Below, piece by piece: positions 18,223 through 26,643 of a stretch of DNA of 64,000 bases. Within the stretch, counting starts at the first letter, position 1, and each line of letters begins with the position of its first letter. The DNA is from Paludibacteraceae bacterium (GTDB taxonomy: Bacteria > Bacteroidota > Bacteroidia > Bacteroidales > Paludibacteraceae): the NCBI GenBank assembly GCA_017557345.1, contig JAFYZR010000082.1:57315-121314 (forward strand). Direction: 5' to 3'. A program made the translations under genes and the position numbers. The notes under the pieces are model-generated. The model was not told where the DNA came from and searched no databases. It saw only the letters and a program-made list of their open reading frames with translations.

Positions 18223-19242
18223 TTACTCTCTTGTAATGTGGCTGAAAAAATTGTGCCAATCTATTTCGTCATTGTTATTAGCTAAACGGTAGTATTTTCT
18301 AAGTAATTGGTTTAGTTGTAGTGCATATTCAGCATTGAGCTCGTTATTCTCTAATATTTTCTTGGGCTCGTTCATGAAAGCCCCATATAATTCTTGCTTT
18401 CTTTTATGTTCCTTTTCAATAGTGGAAATGAGGGACGATATTCGTTCATTTAATAGGAATCGTCGATGATTATCTCTATTATATTTTGTTTTTGCTGCAT
18501 TAATATACTTTTGTTCTTCATCAATATAGGTTCTTTCTTGCATTGATTTATCTGCACCTATAATTCTCATGCTAGATGCCGCGCAAAATCCATGATCTCT
18601 ATATATTTTCTCGTCTATTTTCGGGAATAGCGAGTTTATATAACCATCATTGAAAACCTTTGATTTTTTATGAACAAAATACCAATCATCTTTCCCAGGA
18701 CAATTTTTAAAATGCTCCTCATTAATAATTGTAAATGAGTTCAAAATTTGTTCTATGTCAAGTTTATTAATATAACTTTCAACGTCATCTATTACCTCTC
18801 CTAAGGTAGGCAAAGATTGTTTTATAAAATATGTTCGAATGAGTTCTCTTTCTTGCTCTGTGTATCTCCAATCAACATAAACATCACTTCCGTTATTACA
18901 ATATATAATAAATTGGTATCCGCTACCACTATCTACAATAAACTTTGAACTTTTTGCTATACATTCTTTTGGAACACAAATACCATTTTCTTCCTTATAT
19001 AGAATCTCGTCATAGTTACTATATCTATGCAAGGAATTATCGTAGTAGTCGAAATCTTTCAAACCAATTATATATCTAGCTCTATCAGATTTGGAATCTT
19101 CAAATAAGATAGTATCGAGCAGCTGAAACTTTTCTGGCAAATTAGCGTCAGCAACACGAAATGTTCCATCAAGACATATAATAATCCCATTTTTTGAGTT
19201 GCTCAACAACACGCCAACTCTTAAGTTCTTTCGTCCTTGCAT
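18223..19242 (-). CDS. Hypothetical protein (339 aa), very AT-rich
   Basis: Long ORF, co-directional, 37 nt after the Sel1 gene and 83 nt before AbiH. No domain recognised. Confidence 0.5.
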   Translation of the reverse strand: MQGRKNLRVGVLLSNSKNGIIICLDGTFRVADANLPEKFQLLDTILFEDSKSDRARYIIGLKDFDYYDNSLHRYSNYDEILYKEENGICVPKECIAKSSKFIVDSGSGYQFIIYCNNGSDVYVDWRYTEQERELIRTYFIKQSLPTLGEVIDDVESYINKLDIEQILNSFTIINEEHFKNCPGKDDWYFVHKKSKVFNDGYINSLFPKIDEKIYRDHGFCAASSMRIIGADKSMQERTYIDEEQKYINAAKTKYNRDNHRRFLLNERISSLISTIEKEHKRKQELYGAFMNEPKKILENNELNAEYALQLNQLLRKYYRLANNNDEIDWHNFFSHITRE

Positions 19243-19279
19243 TTATTTGGAGTTTTTGATTAATATGCACATACATTAA

Positions 19280-21295
19280 TTACTCAAACACATTCATTCC
19301 TTCCGGTTGCCAGAGAATGCGAGTGCGGGAGAGATGGATGATATAGGGTTGAGTCTTTTTGCCAACAGGGATATAATCTTCCGGAGAATCTTCGTAGTCT
19401 TGCAAAGCGGCTTCAAAGGCTTTGCGGATACGAGAAAGTTTCTCATTGGCAGAGTTATTCGTTGGATCTATCAGTGTTTCAATACTTTGTGTGGTATCTA
19501 TTCGATTAGACAAGGTATTATACCATTGTTGCAACTCTTCCTTATAATCGCTAAGATACTTGATAGCAATACCTTCTGTATGATGAAGTAGCGTAAAATA
19601 GAGCGCCTTGGATAATATAGGCATCTTGATTTCCGCTGTCAACTTATTTCCTGTACTATCAATAAGGAATAGTTTGTATTTCTCGTCCACTAACAACATA
19701 GTGTCGTGCGGAAGGGATTTCTTCATTCGCATCTTAACGAAAGGCAATGTTCCCACAAACTGGACCAAATAGGAGAATGCCTTCTCCCAATTGGTGCCTG
19801 GTGTGAACGGAAACAAAATATATTCATAGTTAAAGTTATCTTCTGGATTACTCCTGTTTGGCTTGAAGCGCAAGAAGCCAGCGCAATCAGCTGGCAGATG
19901 TTCTTCTGAGAACAATGCTGACCAATAATAGAACTCTGTTTTTTTGTCTCTATCTAACCAAACACGCATCATTTGTTGCGGCTCATAGTCCCCGGAATAC
20001 GAACTAATGATATCTTCTGCACTCTGTGCGCGAGTAGGCAAATAAACAAAAAGATAGTCCTTGCGACGGAAAGCAGCACGGAGTTGACCGAGATGTTGCT
20101 GAATGTATTGGTTCAACTCGGAGTGAACATTCTTCTCCAAGAAGATAAGTTCATGTTGATTACCCATGATGCGTGGGTCGCGTATTTGCACATCATAAAT
20201 AGGAAAAACAAAATCATCATGCGGATACTTTACTTCAGATTTAAGCGGAACTAAAGATTTTGTTTTAGTAGCCTTATGTTCTTCGATATCTTTTTGGGAA
20301 ATCTCGGGGCTATTATCCGGCAACCAGCGTGGTGGTTGTTCGGTGTTAGAAGGAATGGTTGTAGCAGGAGAAACGTGGTTGTCACAAAAAATAGAATCTA
20401 ATTCTGGAGCATGATATTGAGCGACAGCCCGTTTGATGCGATCTTCCAAAGAAAGGGTTAATAGCGCCTTACAGGAATCATAGTTGTCCAATGATTCTTT
20501 TGCTCCTATATTAGAGATTGCGTTTTTCCATTCCGGGTCATGGTTAACCTCACGTTTGGCCTGTTCAAAGAGGGAAAGAGCCGTATGGAAATAGTTCGCC
20601 ATTACATACATTACACCTAAATTATTATATGCGAAGTAATTCTTGTGCTCCTTAATTAAGCGACGATAGAAATAAGCAGCTTTGTTATAATCAATCGGGG
20701 TAAATGTGCCGTGCTCATAACTAATGGCCATATTCATCATGCCTATTTCTTCACCCAATTCGGCACCTTTCTCTATCCATTCACGACCTTTTTCTGTTTT
20801 GCCGCTTAACAATAATAGTACTCCGCAAGCCACCATTCCCTCTTTAATCCCGTGTTGTGCAGCCAATCGGAAATAATTGAATTGCTCTTGACTACTATCT
20901 TCCAACGAGCCTAATAGTGTGTACGCGCCATATTTCTTATATATTTTAGCCAGGCGCAAAAGATCTCTCTGGAGCATCTCTAATAATTCAGGGTCTCCAT
21001 CTTTGAGAGCCAAATTATCATAGTTAGTGAGCGCTTCCCAAAATGCCGAATCTTTTTTATAAGAAGCGGCATCAATAATACCGGTGAACTTGGTAAATTC
21101 TTTCAGTGGCTTCGTATCAACAGGATATTGCCATGTGATAAAATCCGGACCAATGCGATAAAATGTATATAGAGGGAGAAGGCGCGCACGAGAATCGACT
21201 TCCTCAACCGCTACTGGGTTTGAAGAAGTGGTGGTATTAGAATCTTCCGTATGTTTACCGAAGAATACCCTTTTTATGTTGTCGAAAAGTGACAT
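19280..21295 (-). CDS. Sel1-like repeat protein with a large uncharacterised C-terminal half
   Basis: Sel1/TPR-like units (AAQHGIKEGMVACGVLL..., MMNMAISYEHG..., AYNNLGVMYVM) in residues ~130-260. Residues ~330-671 carry no motif I recognise. Confidence 0.6.
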   Translation of the reverse strand: MSLFDNIKRVFFGKHTEDSNTTTSSNPVAVEEVDSRARLLPLYTFYRIGPDFITWQYPVDTKPLKEFTKFTGIIDAASYKKDSAFWEALTNYDNLALKDGDPELLEMLQRDLLRLAKIYKKYGAYTLLGSLEDSSQEQFNYFRLAAQHGIKEGMVACGVLLLLSGKTEKGREWIEKGAELGEEIGMMNMAISYEHGTFTPIDYNKAAYFYRRLIKEHKNYFAYNNLGVMYVMANYFHTALSLFEQAKREVNHDPEWKNAISNIGAKESLDNYDSCKALLTLSLEDRIKRAVAQYHAPELDSIFCDNHVSPATTIPSNTEQPPRWLPDNSPEISQKDIEEHKATKTKSLVPLKSEVKYPHDDFVFPIYDVQIRDPRIMGNQHELIFLEKNVHSELNQYIQQHLGQLRAAFRRKDYLFVYLPTRAQSAEDIISSYSGDYEPQQMMRVWLDRDKKTEFYYWSALFSEEHLPADCAGFLRFKPNRSNPEDNFNYEYILFPFTPGTNWEKAFSYLVQFVGTLPFVKMRMKKSLPHDTMLLVDEKYKLFLIDSTGNKLTAEIKMPILSKALYFTLLHHTEGIAIKYLSDYKEELQQWYNTLSNRIDTTQSIETLIDPTNNSANEKLSRIRKAFEAALQDYEDSPEDYIPVGKKTQPYIIHLSRTRILWQPEGMNVFE

Positions 21296-21325
21296 AACTT
21301 AACGTGCCAATTCATTTTTCGAGTG

Positions 21326-21333
21326 CAAAAGTA
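21326..21333 (-). promoter_or_regulatory. -7 box TACTTTTG (minus) upstream of the Sel1 gene
   Basis: Plus strand CAAAAGTA, about 31 nt upstream of the ATG at 21295. Confidence 0.45.
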
Positions 21334-21398
21334 GTACATTTTCCGGATATGTCCAAACATTTTTTATTTGCAAGGCTTGCAAAAGTGGATTTTTGTTC

Positions 21399-21464
21399 TC
21401 AGCCTGATGGAAAACAGCGGTCAAGCGCATAGTGTCTTATGAGTTTTTGCTTCGTAACCGGCAT
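21399..21464 (-). pseudogene. 21-codon stub resembling the N-terminus of a Bacteroides WYL-type/HTH regulator
   Basis: MPVTKQKLIRHYALDRCFPSG then a stop. The IR(Y/H)xALDRCF pattern matches N-termini of Bacteroidales WYL-domain regulators as I remember them. It has its own -7 box at 21493-21500. Confidence 0.35.
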
Positions 21465-21492
21465 GGTATTTCAAATTATTAGGAATCGGGTG

Positions 21493-21500
21493 CAAAGGTA
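21493..21500 (-). promoter_or_regulatory. -7 box TACCTTTG (minus) upstream of the regulator stub
   Basis: Plus strand CAAAGGTA. Confidence 0.4.
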
Positions 21501-21575
21501 GTAAAAAAAAGTGAGATATGCAAGAAAAAATGTAATTTTTGGGTTTAGGGATAAAAAAGCAGGGCAACTACCGGT

Positions 21576-22061
21576 TTATGGTTTGAGCGGGTTGGAGCAG
21601 GAGATATAAAAGAATGAACGCATTTGTTTGAGGATGGCTCTGCAAGAGACATCAATATCTTGGTAAGCTGCTTCGAAATCGCCTGTGTACCACGGATCTG
21701 CCACATCTCTGTTTTCGCCTGTCCATTGCATCATCAGCGATACTTTGCCGTCTGTATCTTCTCCGATAAGACGAGTCAGCCAGCGGATGTTTGACCGGTC
21801 GGCGCAAATGATATAATCAAAGTAATCATAATCGGCACGCGTTATTTGTCGTGCAGTATGGAAATCAAACGGAATGCCTTTTTCGCGCAGTTTGCGTTTT
21901 GCCGGAGGATAAATATCATTACCTATCTCTTCGGTTGAAACGGCAGCAGAAGCGATTTCCAGATTCCCTATTTTGGCTTGACGGCATAATTCTTTCATCA
22001 CCATTTCCGCCATCACCGAACGGCATATGTTGCCGTGACATATGAATAGGATTTTACTCAA
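21576..22061 (-). CDS. Low-molecular-weight protein-tyrosine phosphatase
   Basis: ILFICHGNICRS is the CX5R(S) P-loop at the N-terminus, and a DPWY-type Asp loop is present. Confidence 0.9.
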   Translation of the reverse strand: MSKILFICHGNICRSVMAEMVMKELCRQAKIGNLEIASAAVSTEEIGNDIYPPAKRKLREKGIPFDFHTARQITRADYDYFDYIICADRSNIRWLTRLIGEDTDGKVSLMMQWTGENRDVADPWYTGDFEAAYQDIDVSCRAILKQMRSFFYISCSNPLKP

Positions 22062-22077
22062 AATTTGATATGCTTTT

Positions 22078-22881
22078 TCACCACTCCAAGGTGGCTACTA
22101 CCGGTTTATGATCCGAACCGCCGGTCTGAGGAATGGTGCAATTAACAGGGCGTAGCGATTCCGAACTGAAGATATAATCGATTCTCACGCCAAAACCTCG
22201 ATGCTCACAGGTCGTTCCCCATTTCCAAGGATGCGTTGACCACCATGCGTCATGTAAGCCTTCGCTAAGATGCCAATAGGCGTAACTGAAAATAGTCGCA
22301 TTTAAATCACCGACTACGATGACGGGATAAGGACTTTTTTCTATTTCCGCTCGTACTACTTTCGCTTGGGCATTTCGTAAAGGAACGGCACGATCCCATT
22401 TTGCCTTTAAACGCTTAAAAGTAGCAAGCAGACCTTCATAATTATGTATACTATCCAAATCTGCAATATCCTCAGCCTTGAAATTATATGACTCCAGATG
22501 GTTATTAAAGAGACGGATGGTATCGTTTCCTATCACGATATCACATCTGTTGGACATATTGCCACGCGTTTCATAATGAATACTTTGCTTATTGATAAGC
22601 GGATATTTGGACCAAACCATCGTACCGTATTGATGGCGTTTGTCATAAACAACGAAATCCAAATAAGAATAGGGATATTTTTGCCCTAAAGTATTCTTAA
22701 CGTCCGGAAGAGTAAGGAATCGTTCGTTCTTATAAACATCCACTTCCTGCAGACATATCACATCCGCATCTTGTGCCACAAGATATTGCAGCACCTTGTT
22801 TTGCTCAGGCTTAACAAACTGTCCCATCCGCGCGGTATTCCACGTCAGAATAGAAATTGCTATAAGGATAAAATCTAACAC
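22078..22881 (-). CDS. Endonuclease/exonuclease/phosphatase (EEP) family protein
   Basis: ILTWN, CLQEV, GDLN and SDHKPV motifs in EEP order. GTG start. Confidence 0.8.
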   Translation of the reverse strand: MLDFILIAISILTWNTARMGQFVKPEQNKVLQYLVAQDADVICLQEVDVYKNERFLTLPDVKNTLGQKYPYSYLDFVVYDKRHQYGTMVWSKYPLINKQSIHYETRGNMSNRCDIVIGNDTIRLFNNHLESYNFKAEDIADLDSIHNYEGLLATFKRLKAKWDRAVPLRNAQAKVVRAEIEKSPYPVIVVGDLNATIFSYAYWHLSEGLHDAWWSTHPWKWGTTCEHRGFGVRIDYIFSSESLRPVNCTIPQTGGSDHKPVVATLEW

Positions 22882-22903
22882 TTTATCGTTTTAATTTATC
22901 ATT

Positions 22904-24439
22904 TTAACGTGCTTTTGGCACCAAGGTTACCAGCGGAATGATCATTTCTTCGAGCGAAATACCACCATGCTGGAACGTATTGCGGTAGTATTGCGCGTAG
23001 TAATTAAACTGATTAGGATAGGCAAAGAAATCAGAACCGGTACAAAAAGCATAACTGCTGCTTACATTCGGGCAAGGAAGACCGATTCGTTTCGGTTGTT
23101 CGATACTCATTACGTTCTTTGAACTGCAGTTAAGCGCTTTACCCACTTTATAGCGGATGTTGGTATTGGTATTCTTATCAGCAATAATCTGTACGGCATT
23201 CTTCACACGCGTTGTGCCATGATCGGTTGTCAGCACCAAGGTAAAACCTAATTCAGACGCACGACGCAGCAAATCATAAGTAGGCGAGTGCTTAAACCAA
23301 CTAAGCGTCAAACTCCGATATGCCGATTCATCATTAGCCAACTCACGCATCATTTTACTTTCCGTGCGTGAGTGAGAGAGCATATCAATAAAATTGAAAA
23401 CAACAATATTGAGTGGAGTCTGTACGCCTTTTAATTGAGCAATTACGCGCTCGCAAAAATCACTCTCGTTTACTTTCCAATAATTGAAACTCTCGCGTCT
23501 GCGATATCGATCCAATAGTGTTTGTACGAGTTCTTTTTCATATTGATTCTTGCTCTCTTCATCACCTTCTTCAACCCAATATTGCGGATACATCTCTTGA
23601 ATCTGTAATGGTAGCAGACCAGAGAAAATAGCATTTCTGGCATACTGCGTAGCCGTAGGCAATATACTTGTATATTGCTCCTCGTTGCTTATGGTGTAGA
23701 ATTCGCTAATGAGCGGTTGGATAGTTTTCCATTGGTCATAACGGAAATTATCAATCACACAAAGTAATACTTTCTCTCCTTTATCCAACAAAGGAAAGAC
23801 AGTATGCTTCATTACATCGTGAGACATAACAGGCCTGTTCTCCGCGCCAAACCAGCCTTCGTAATTCTTTGCAATCCATTTTGCAAAGGCTGCATTGGCT
23901 TGCGTGCGTTGGTCGTCTATTAAAGAACGCATCGAAGAATTTTCTAATTCGATATCCCAACGGCTCAATGTGCGCTCAATTGCTTGCCATTCCTCTATCG
24001 TGCTTGCCGTATCAATCATATAGGAGATATCACTCCATTCTTGACGATAGTTCTGTTGTACTTGCTCTGTGACAATCGCTTGTTGGTGAATATGTTTCTT
24101 AAGGCACAAGAGAATTTGACTTGGATTAACAGGTTTGATGAGATAATCGGCTATCTTTTCTCCTATAGCCTGCTCCATGATATGTTCTTCTTCGCTTTTG
24201 GTAATCATCACCACCGGCACTTCAGGATGCAAACGTTTGATTTCCTGTAACGTCTCAAGTCCTGTCAGACCGGGCATATTTTCATCTAAAAAAACGATAT
24301 CGGGCACGGCATCAGCCAATGCATCTATTGCATCTTCGCCATTGCTGGCGGTTACTACCTCGTAGTTTTTACCTTTTAGGTAAATGATATATGGTTGTAA
24401 CAAATCTATTTCGTCATCAACCCAGAGTATTAGGTTCAT
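22904..24439 (-). CDS. porX: PorX-type response regulator (REC + PglZ/alkaline-phosphatase-like domain)
   Basis: N-terminal receiver domain (ILWVDDE...DENMPG...KS) followed by a ~350-aa PglZ-like domain. Length 511 aa, comparable to Porphyromonas PorX. Confidence 0.75.
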   Translation of the reverse strand: MNLILWVDDEIDLLQPYIIYLKGKNYEVVTASNGEDAIDALADAVPDIVFLDENMPGLTGLETLQEIKRLHPEVPVVMITKSEEEHIMEQAIGEKIADYLIKPVNPSQILLCLKKHIHQQAIVTEQVQQNYRQEWSDISYMIDTASTIEEWQAIERTLSRWDIELENSSMRSLIDDQRTQANAAFAKWIAKNYEGWFGAENRPVMSHDVMKHTVFPLLDKGEKVLLCVIDNFRYDQWKTIQPLISEFYTISNEEQYTSILPTATQYARNAIFSGLLPLQIQEMYPQYWVEEGDEESKNQYEKELVQTLLDRYRRRESFNYWKVNESDFCERVIAQLKGVQTPLNIVVFNFIDMLSHSRTESKMMRELANDESAYRSLTLSWFKHSPTYDLLRRASELGFTLVLTTDHGTTRVKNAVQIIADKNTNTNIRYKVGKALNCSSKNVMSIEQPKRIGLPCPNVSSSYAFCTGSDFFAYPNQFNYYAQYYRNTFQHGGISLEEMIIPLVTLVPKAR

Positions 24440-25445
24440 AGTTTCTCCATTTGTTTATTAGGTTTGTCATATCTTCCGGCCATTCGCTATCAAAGAAAAG
24501 CCGTTTTCCCGTACGCGGATGCGTAAAACCAAGAGTCTTAGCATGAAGTACTTGCCTGGGACATAGGGCAAAGCAGTTTTCTATATATTGGCGGTACTTT
24601 TGTGTACGAAGACCTTTCAGTATTTCACAACCGCCATATTTCTCGTCGCAGAAAAGCGGATGACCAATATGCTTCATGTGCGCGCGTATTTGATGTGTAC
24701 GTCCTGTCTCTAGACGGCATTCTACCAGTGTCACATATGGAAACTGTTCCAAAACGCGCCAATGTGTAATGGCTTCTTTTGCTTGCGGGCATTCTTCTAA
24801 ATCCCATACGCGATAAATAGTTCTATCTCTATTATCTCGGGCTAACGCGCCTTCTATCGTTCCGCTTTGCTCCTTAAATGTGCCCCAAACCAAGGCATTG
24901 TATGTCCGTTCGGTTGTATGGTCGAAGAACTGCCGTCCCAAGATAGTCTTTGCTTCCGGCGTTTTGGCAATAAGCAATAACCCGCTTGTGTCCTTATCAA
25001 TTCGATGAACAAGACCAATGGATGGGTCATTCATATCAATTTTATCACCAAAATAGTACGCAAGCGCGTTAAGTAACGTATGTTCGTAATTGCCATGGCC
25101 TGGATGAACCACTAGTCCAGCCGGTTTATTAATGACTAATAAATCATCATCCTCATAAACTATATTCAACGGGATATTCTCGGGCGTGATGGTATAATCA
25201 TGGGGTTCATGATCCAGTAGAACCTGAATGATATCACCCGGCTTAACACGATAATTCGAGGCAACAGGTTTCCCGTTTGCCCAAACATTTCCTGCATCTG
25301 CGGCTGCTTGGATGCGGTTGCGACTGGTATTGGTCATATGTTCCGCCAGATATTTGTCAACGCGCTCTTTGCTTTGACCCTTATCCACTTCACATCGCCA
25401 TCGCTCCCACAACTCGTCAATATCACTTTCTACTTCATTTGCCAT
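24417..25445 (-). CDS. rluD: RluA-family 23S rRNA pseudouridine synthase (RluD-like)
   Basis: S4-like N-terminal domain, HRIDKDTSGLL catalytic motif, GRTHQIRAH. Confidence 0.9.
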   Translation of the reverse strand: MANEVESDIDELWERWRCEVDKGQSKERVDKYLAEHMTNTSRNRIQAAADAGNVWANGKPVASNYRVKPGDIIQVLLDHEPHDYTITPENIPLNIVYEDDDLLVINKPAGLVVHPGHGNYEHTLLNALAYYFGDKIDMNDPSIGLVHRIDKDTSGLLLIAKTPEAKTILGRQFFDHTTERTYNALVWGTFKEQSGTIEGALARDNRDRTIYRVWDLEECPQAKEAITHWRVLEQFPYVTLVECRLETGRTHQIRAHMKHIGHPLFCDEKYGGCEILKGLRTQKYRQYIENCFALCPRQVLHAKTLGFTHPRTGKRLFFDSEWPEDMTNLINKWRNYEPNTLG

Positions 25446-25465
25446 ACACCATACATCTTATACCA

Positions 25466-26290
25466 TTAAAACCACCCGTCTTCATCCGGATTGTTCGTGG
25501 TATTGATACTTGCTGCTTTTTCAATATCCTCTGATAAATATAATGTAACGGTCTCTCCTTCCAATAGTTTCTCGCCCATATTAGGTATTTGGCGATAGAT
25601 AAATTGTGTAGCACCTTCTTCACTCGCCTCGTCATAATAAACAGCACCTACGGTCAAACGGTGTCTAAGCAGCAGACTACGCGCATCTTGTAATGTCATG
25701 CCTATTACGGATGGCACTTCCACCTGTTCGGTACCTCTACCGAAACCGACCACTAATCGAACGCGTGTGCCCACAGGAACTTTTGTGCCGGGAGCAACGC
25801 TGACACCGCCTACTTTCACATCAAGCACTAAATCCCTGAAAGCAGATGGCCGGTATTCATATGTGCTATCGACGCGCAAACCTAATCCGCGTAAGGTTGT
25901 TTCTGCTTGCCGATAACTGATATCTTGCAGGTTTGGCATCGTAACTTGACGTTTAGTTGTAGCATTAATCGTCACATAAACTTCACGCCCATGCTTTGCG
26001 TGACTGTTCGGTTTAGGATCTTGTTCAACAATCGTGCCAAACGGTACTTTATCGGAATAAGTAGAGTCAATAACTACTAAAATTAATCCTTGTGCCTCTA
26101 AAAGTGGACGTGCTTCGGCTTCCACTAATCCGCGGACATCTGTCACTTCTACTTCTACACCATGTTCGGTATACGTCCGAAGCCAGGCGATAAGACTGAC
26201 TAATATGATAATACCCGCTACAAGTGCCAAAACAACATTCCAACCCACAAATTTAGCGTCAGATTTGTCAAAAATACCTCTTTTTTCCAT
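25466..26290 (-). CDS. PASTA domain-containing membrane protein
   Basis: Start at ATG 26290 (MEKRGIF...), one TM helix, then three PASTA-like repeats (VEVTDVRGL..., VTMPNLQDISYRQAE..., VEVPSVIGMTLQDAR...). The longer ORF-track version runs across the promoter region. Confidence 0.8.
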   Translation of the reverse strand: MEKRGIFDKSDAKFVGWNVVLALVAGIIILVSLIAWLRTYTEHGVEVEVTDVRGLVEAEARPLLEAQGLILVVIDSTYSDKVPFGTIVEQDPKPNSHAKHGREVYVTINATTKRQVTMPNLQDISYRQAETTLRGLGLRVDSTYEYRPSAFRDLVLDVKVGGVSVAPGTKVPVGTRVRLVVGFGRGTEQVEVPSVIGMTLQDARSLLLRHRLTVGAVYYDEASEEGATQFIYRQIPNMGEKLLEGETVTLYLSEDIEKAASINTTNNPDEDGWF

Positions 26291-26432
26291 AAAATGTAAA
26301 ATTAATTGCGCAAAATTACAATTTTTTTTGGATATGTGCAAAAAATGTTGTACTTTTGCACCGTTTTTCGTAAAAACACGAAGAATAATAGTAAAAAATA
26401 AAGCTTTATTAACTAAAAAAAGACGTTTAATT

Positions 26433-26573
26433 ATGAAGAAAATGCTTCTTATCGTAGCTGTTGCTTTCGTTGCAATGAGCTGCGGCAACAAGTGCTGCCA
26501 GAAAAAGTGCTGCCAGGACACCTGCGCACAAGACACCGTTGAGGTTGTTGAGGCTGTAGAGGTAGCTGAATAA
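26433..26573 (+). CDS. 46-aa Cys-rich lipoprotein
   Basis: MKKMLLIVAVAFVAMSCGNKCCQKKCCQDTCAQDTVEVVEAVEVAE. Lipobox AMSC, a TACTTTTG box at 26356-26363, and a terminator directly after. Confidence 0.5.
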   Translation: MKKMLLIVAVAFVAMSCGNKCCQKKCCQDTCAQDTVEVVEAVEVAE

Positions 26574-26613
26574 TCTGACCTTGTTGTTCGATTAGGTACA
26601 AAACCTTAAAAAG

Positions 26614-26643
26614 AAGCGACGCTTATGCGCCGCTTTCTTTTTT
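26614..26643. terminator. Bidirectional hairpin terminator between the small lipoprotein gene and gpmI
   Basis: Stem aagcgacgc / gcgccgctt (8 pairs, 1 mismatch) with loop ttat. T-runs lie on both strands. Confidence 0.6.

Noticed and set aside
6968-21575. Calling the island an integrative mobile element or prophage
   Set aside because: I found no integrase, excisionase, transposase, relaxase, capsid/terminase genes, tRNA target or flanking direct repeats. Only remnants (DUF3987-like, broken DnaB-like) hint at a past element.
21568-22108. 13-bp direct repeat CTACCGGTTTATG at 21568 and 22096
   Set aside because: Roughly tens of exact 13-mer coincidences are expected by chance in a 64-kb window. 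Both copies lie in unrelated coding contexts.
22904-24439. PglZ domain as a sign of a BREX system
   Set aside because: The PglZ domain is fused to a receiver domain (PorX architecture), and no BrxA/B/C/X/L genes are nearby.
26291-26536. 82-codon N-terminal extension of the PASTA ORF and the long version of ORF 26205..26573
   Set aside because: Both run through a divergent promoter region containing two -7 boxes. Sensible starts are ATG 26290 (minus) and ATG 26433 (plus).
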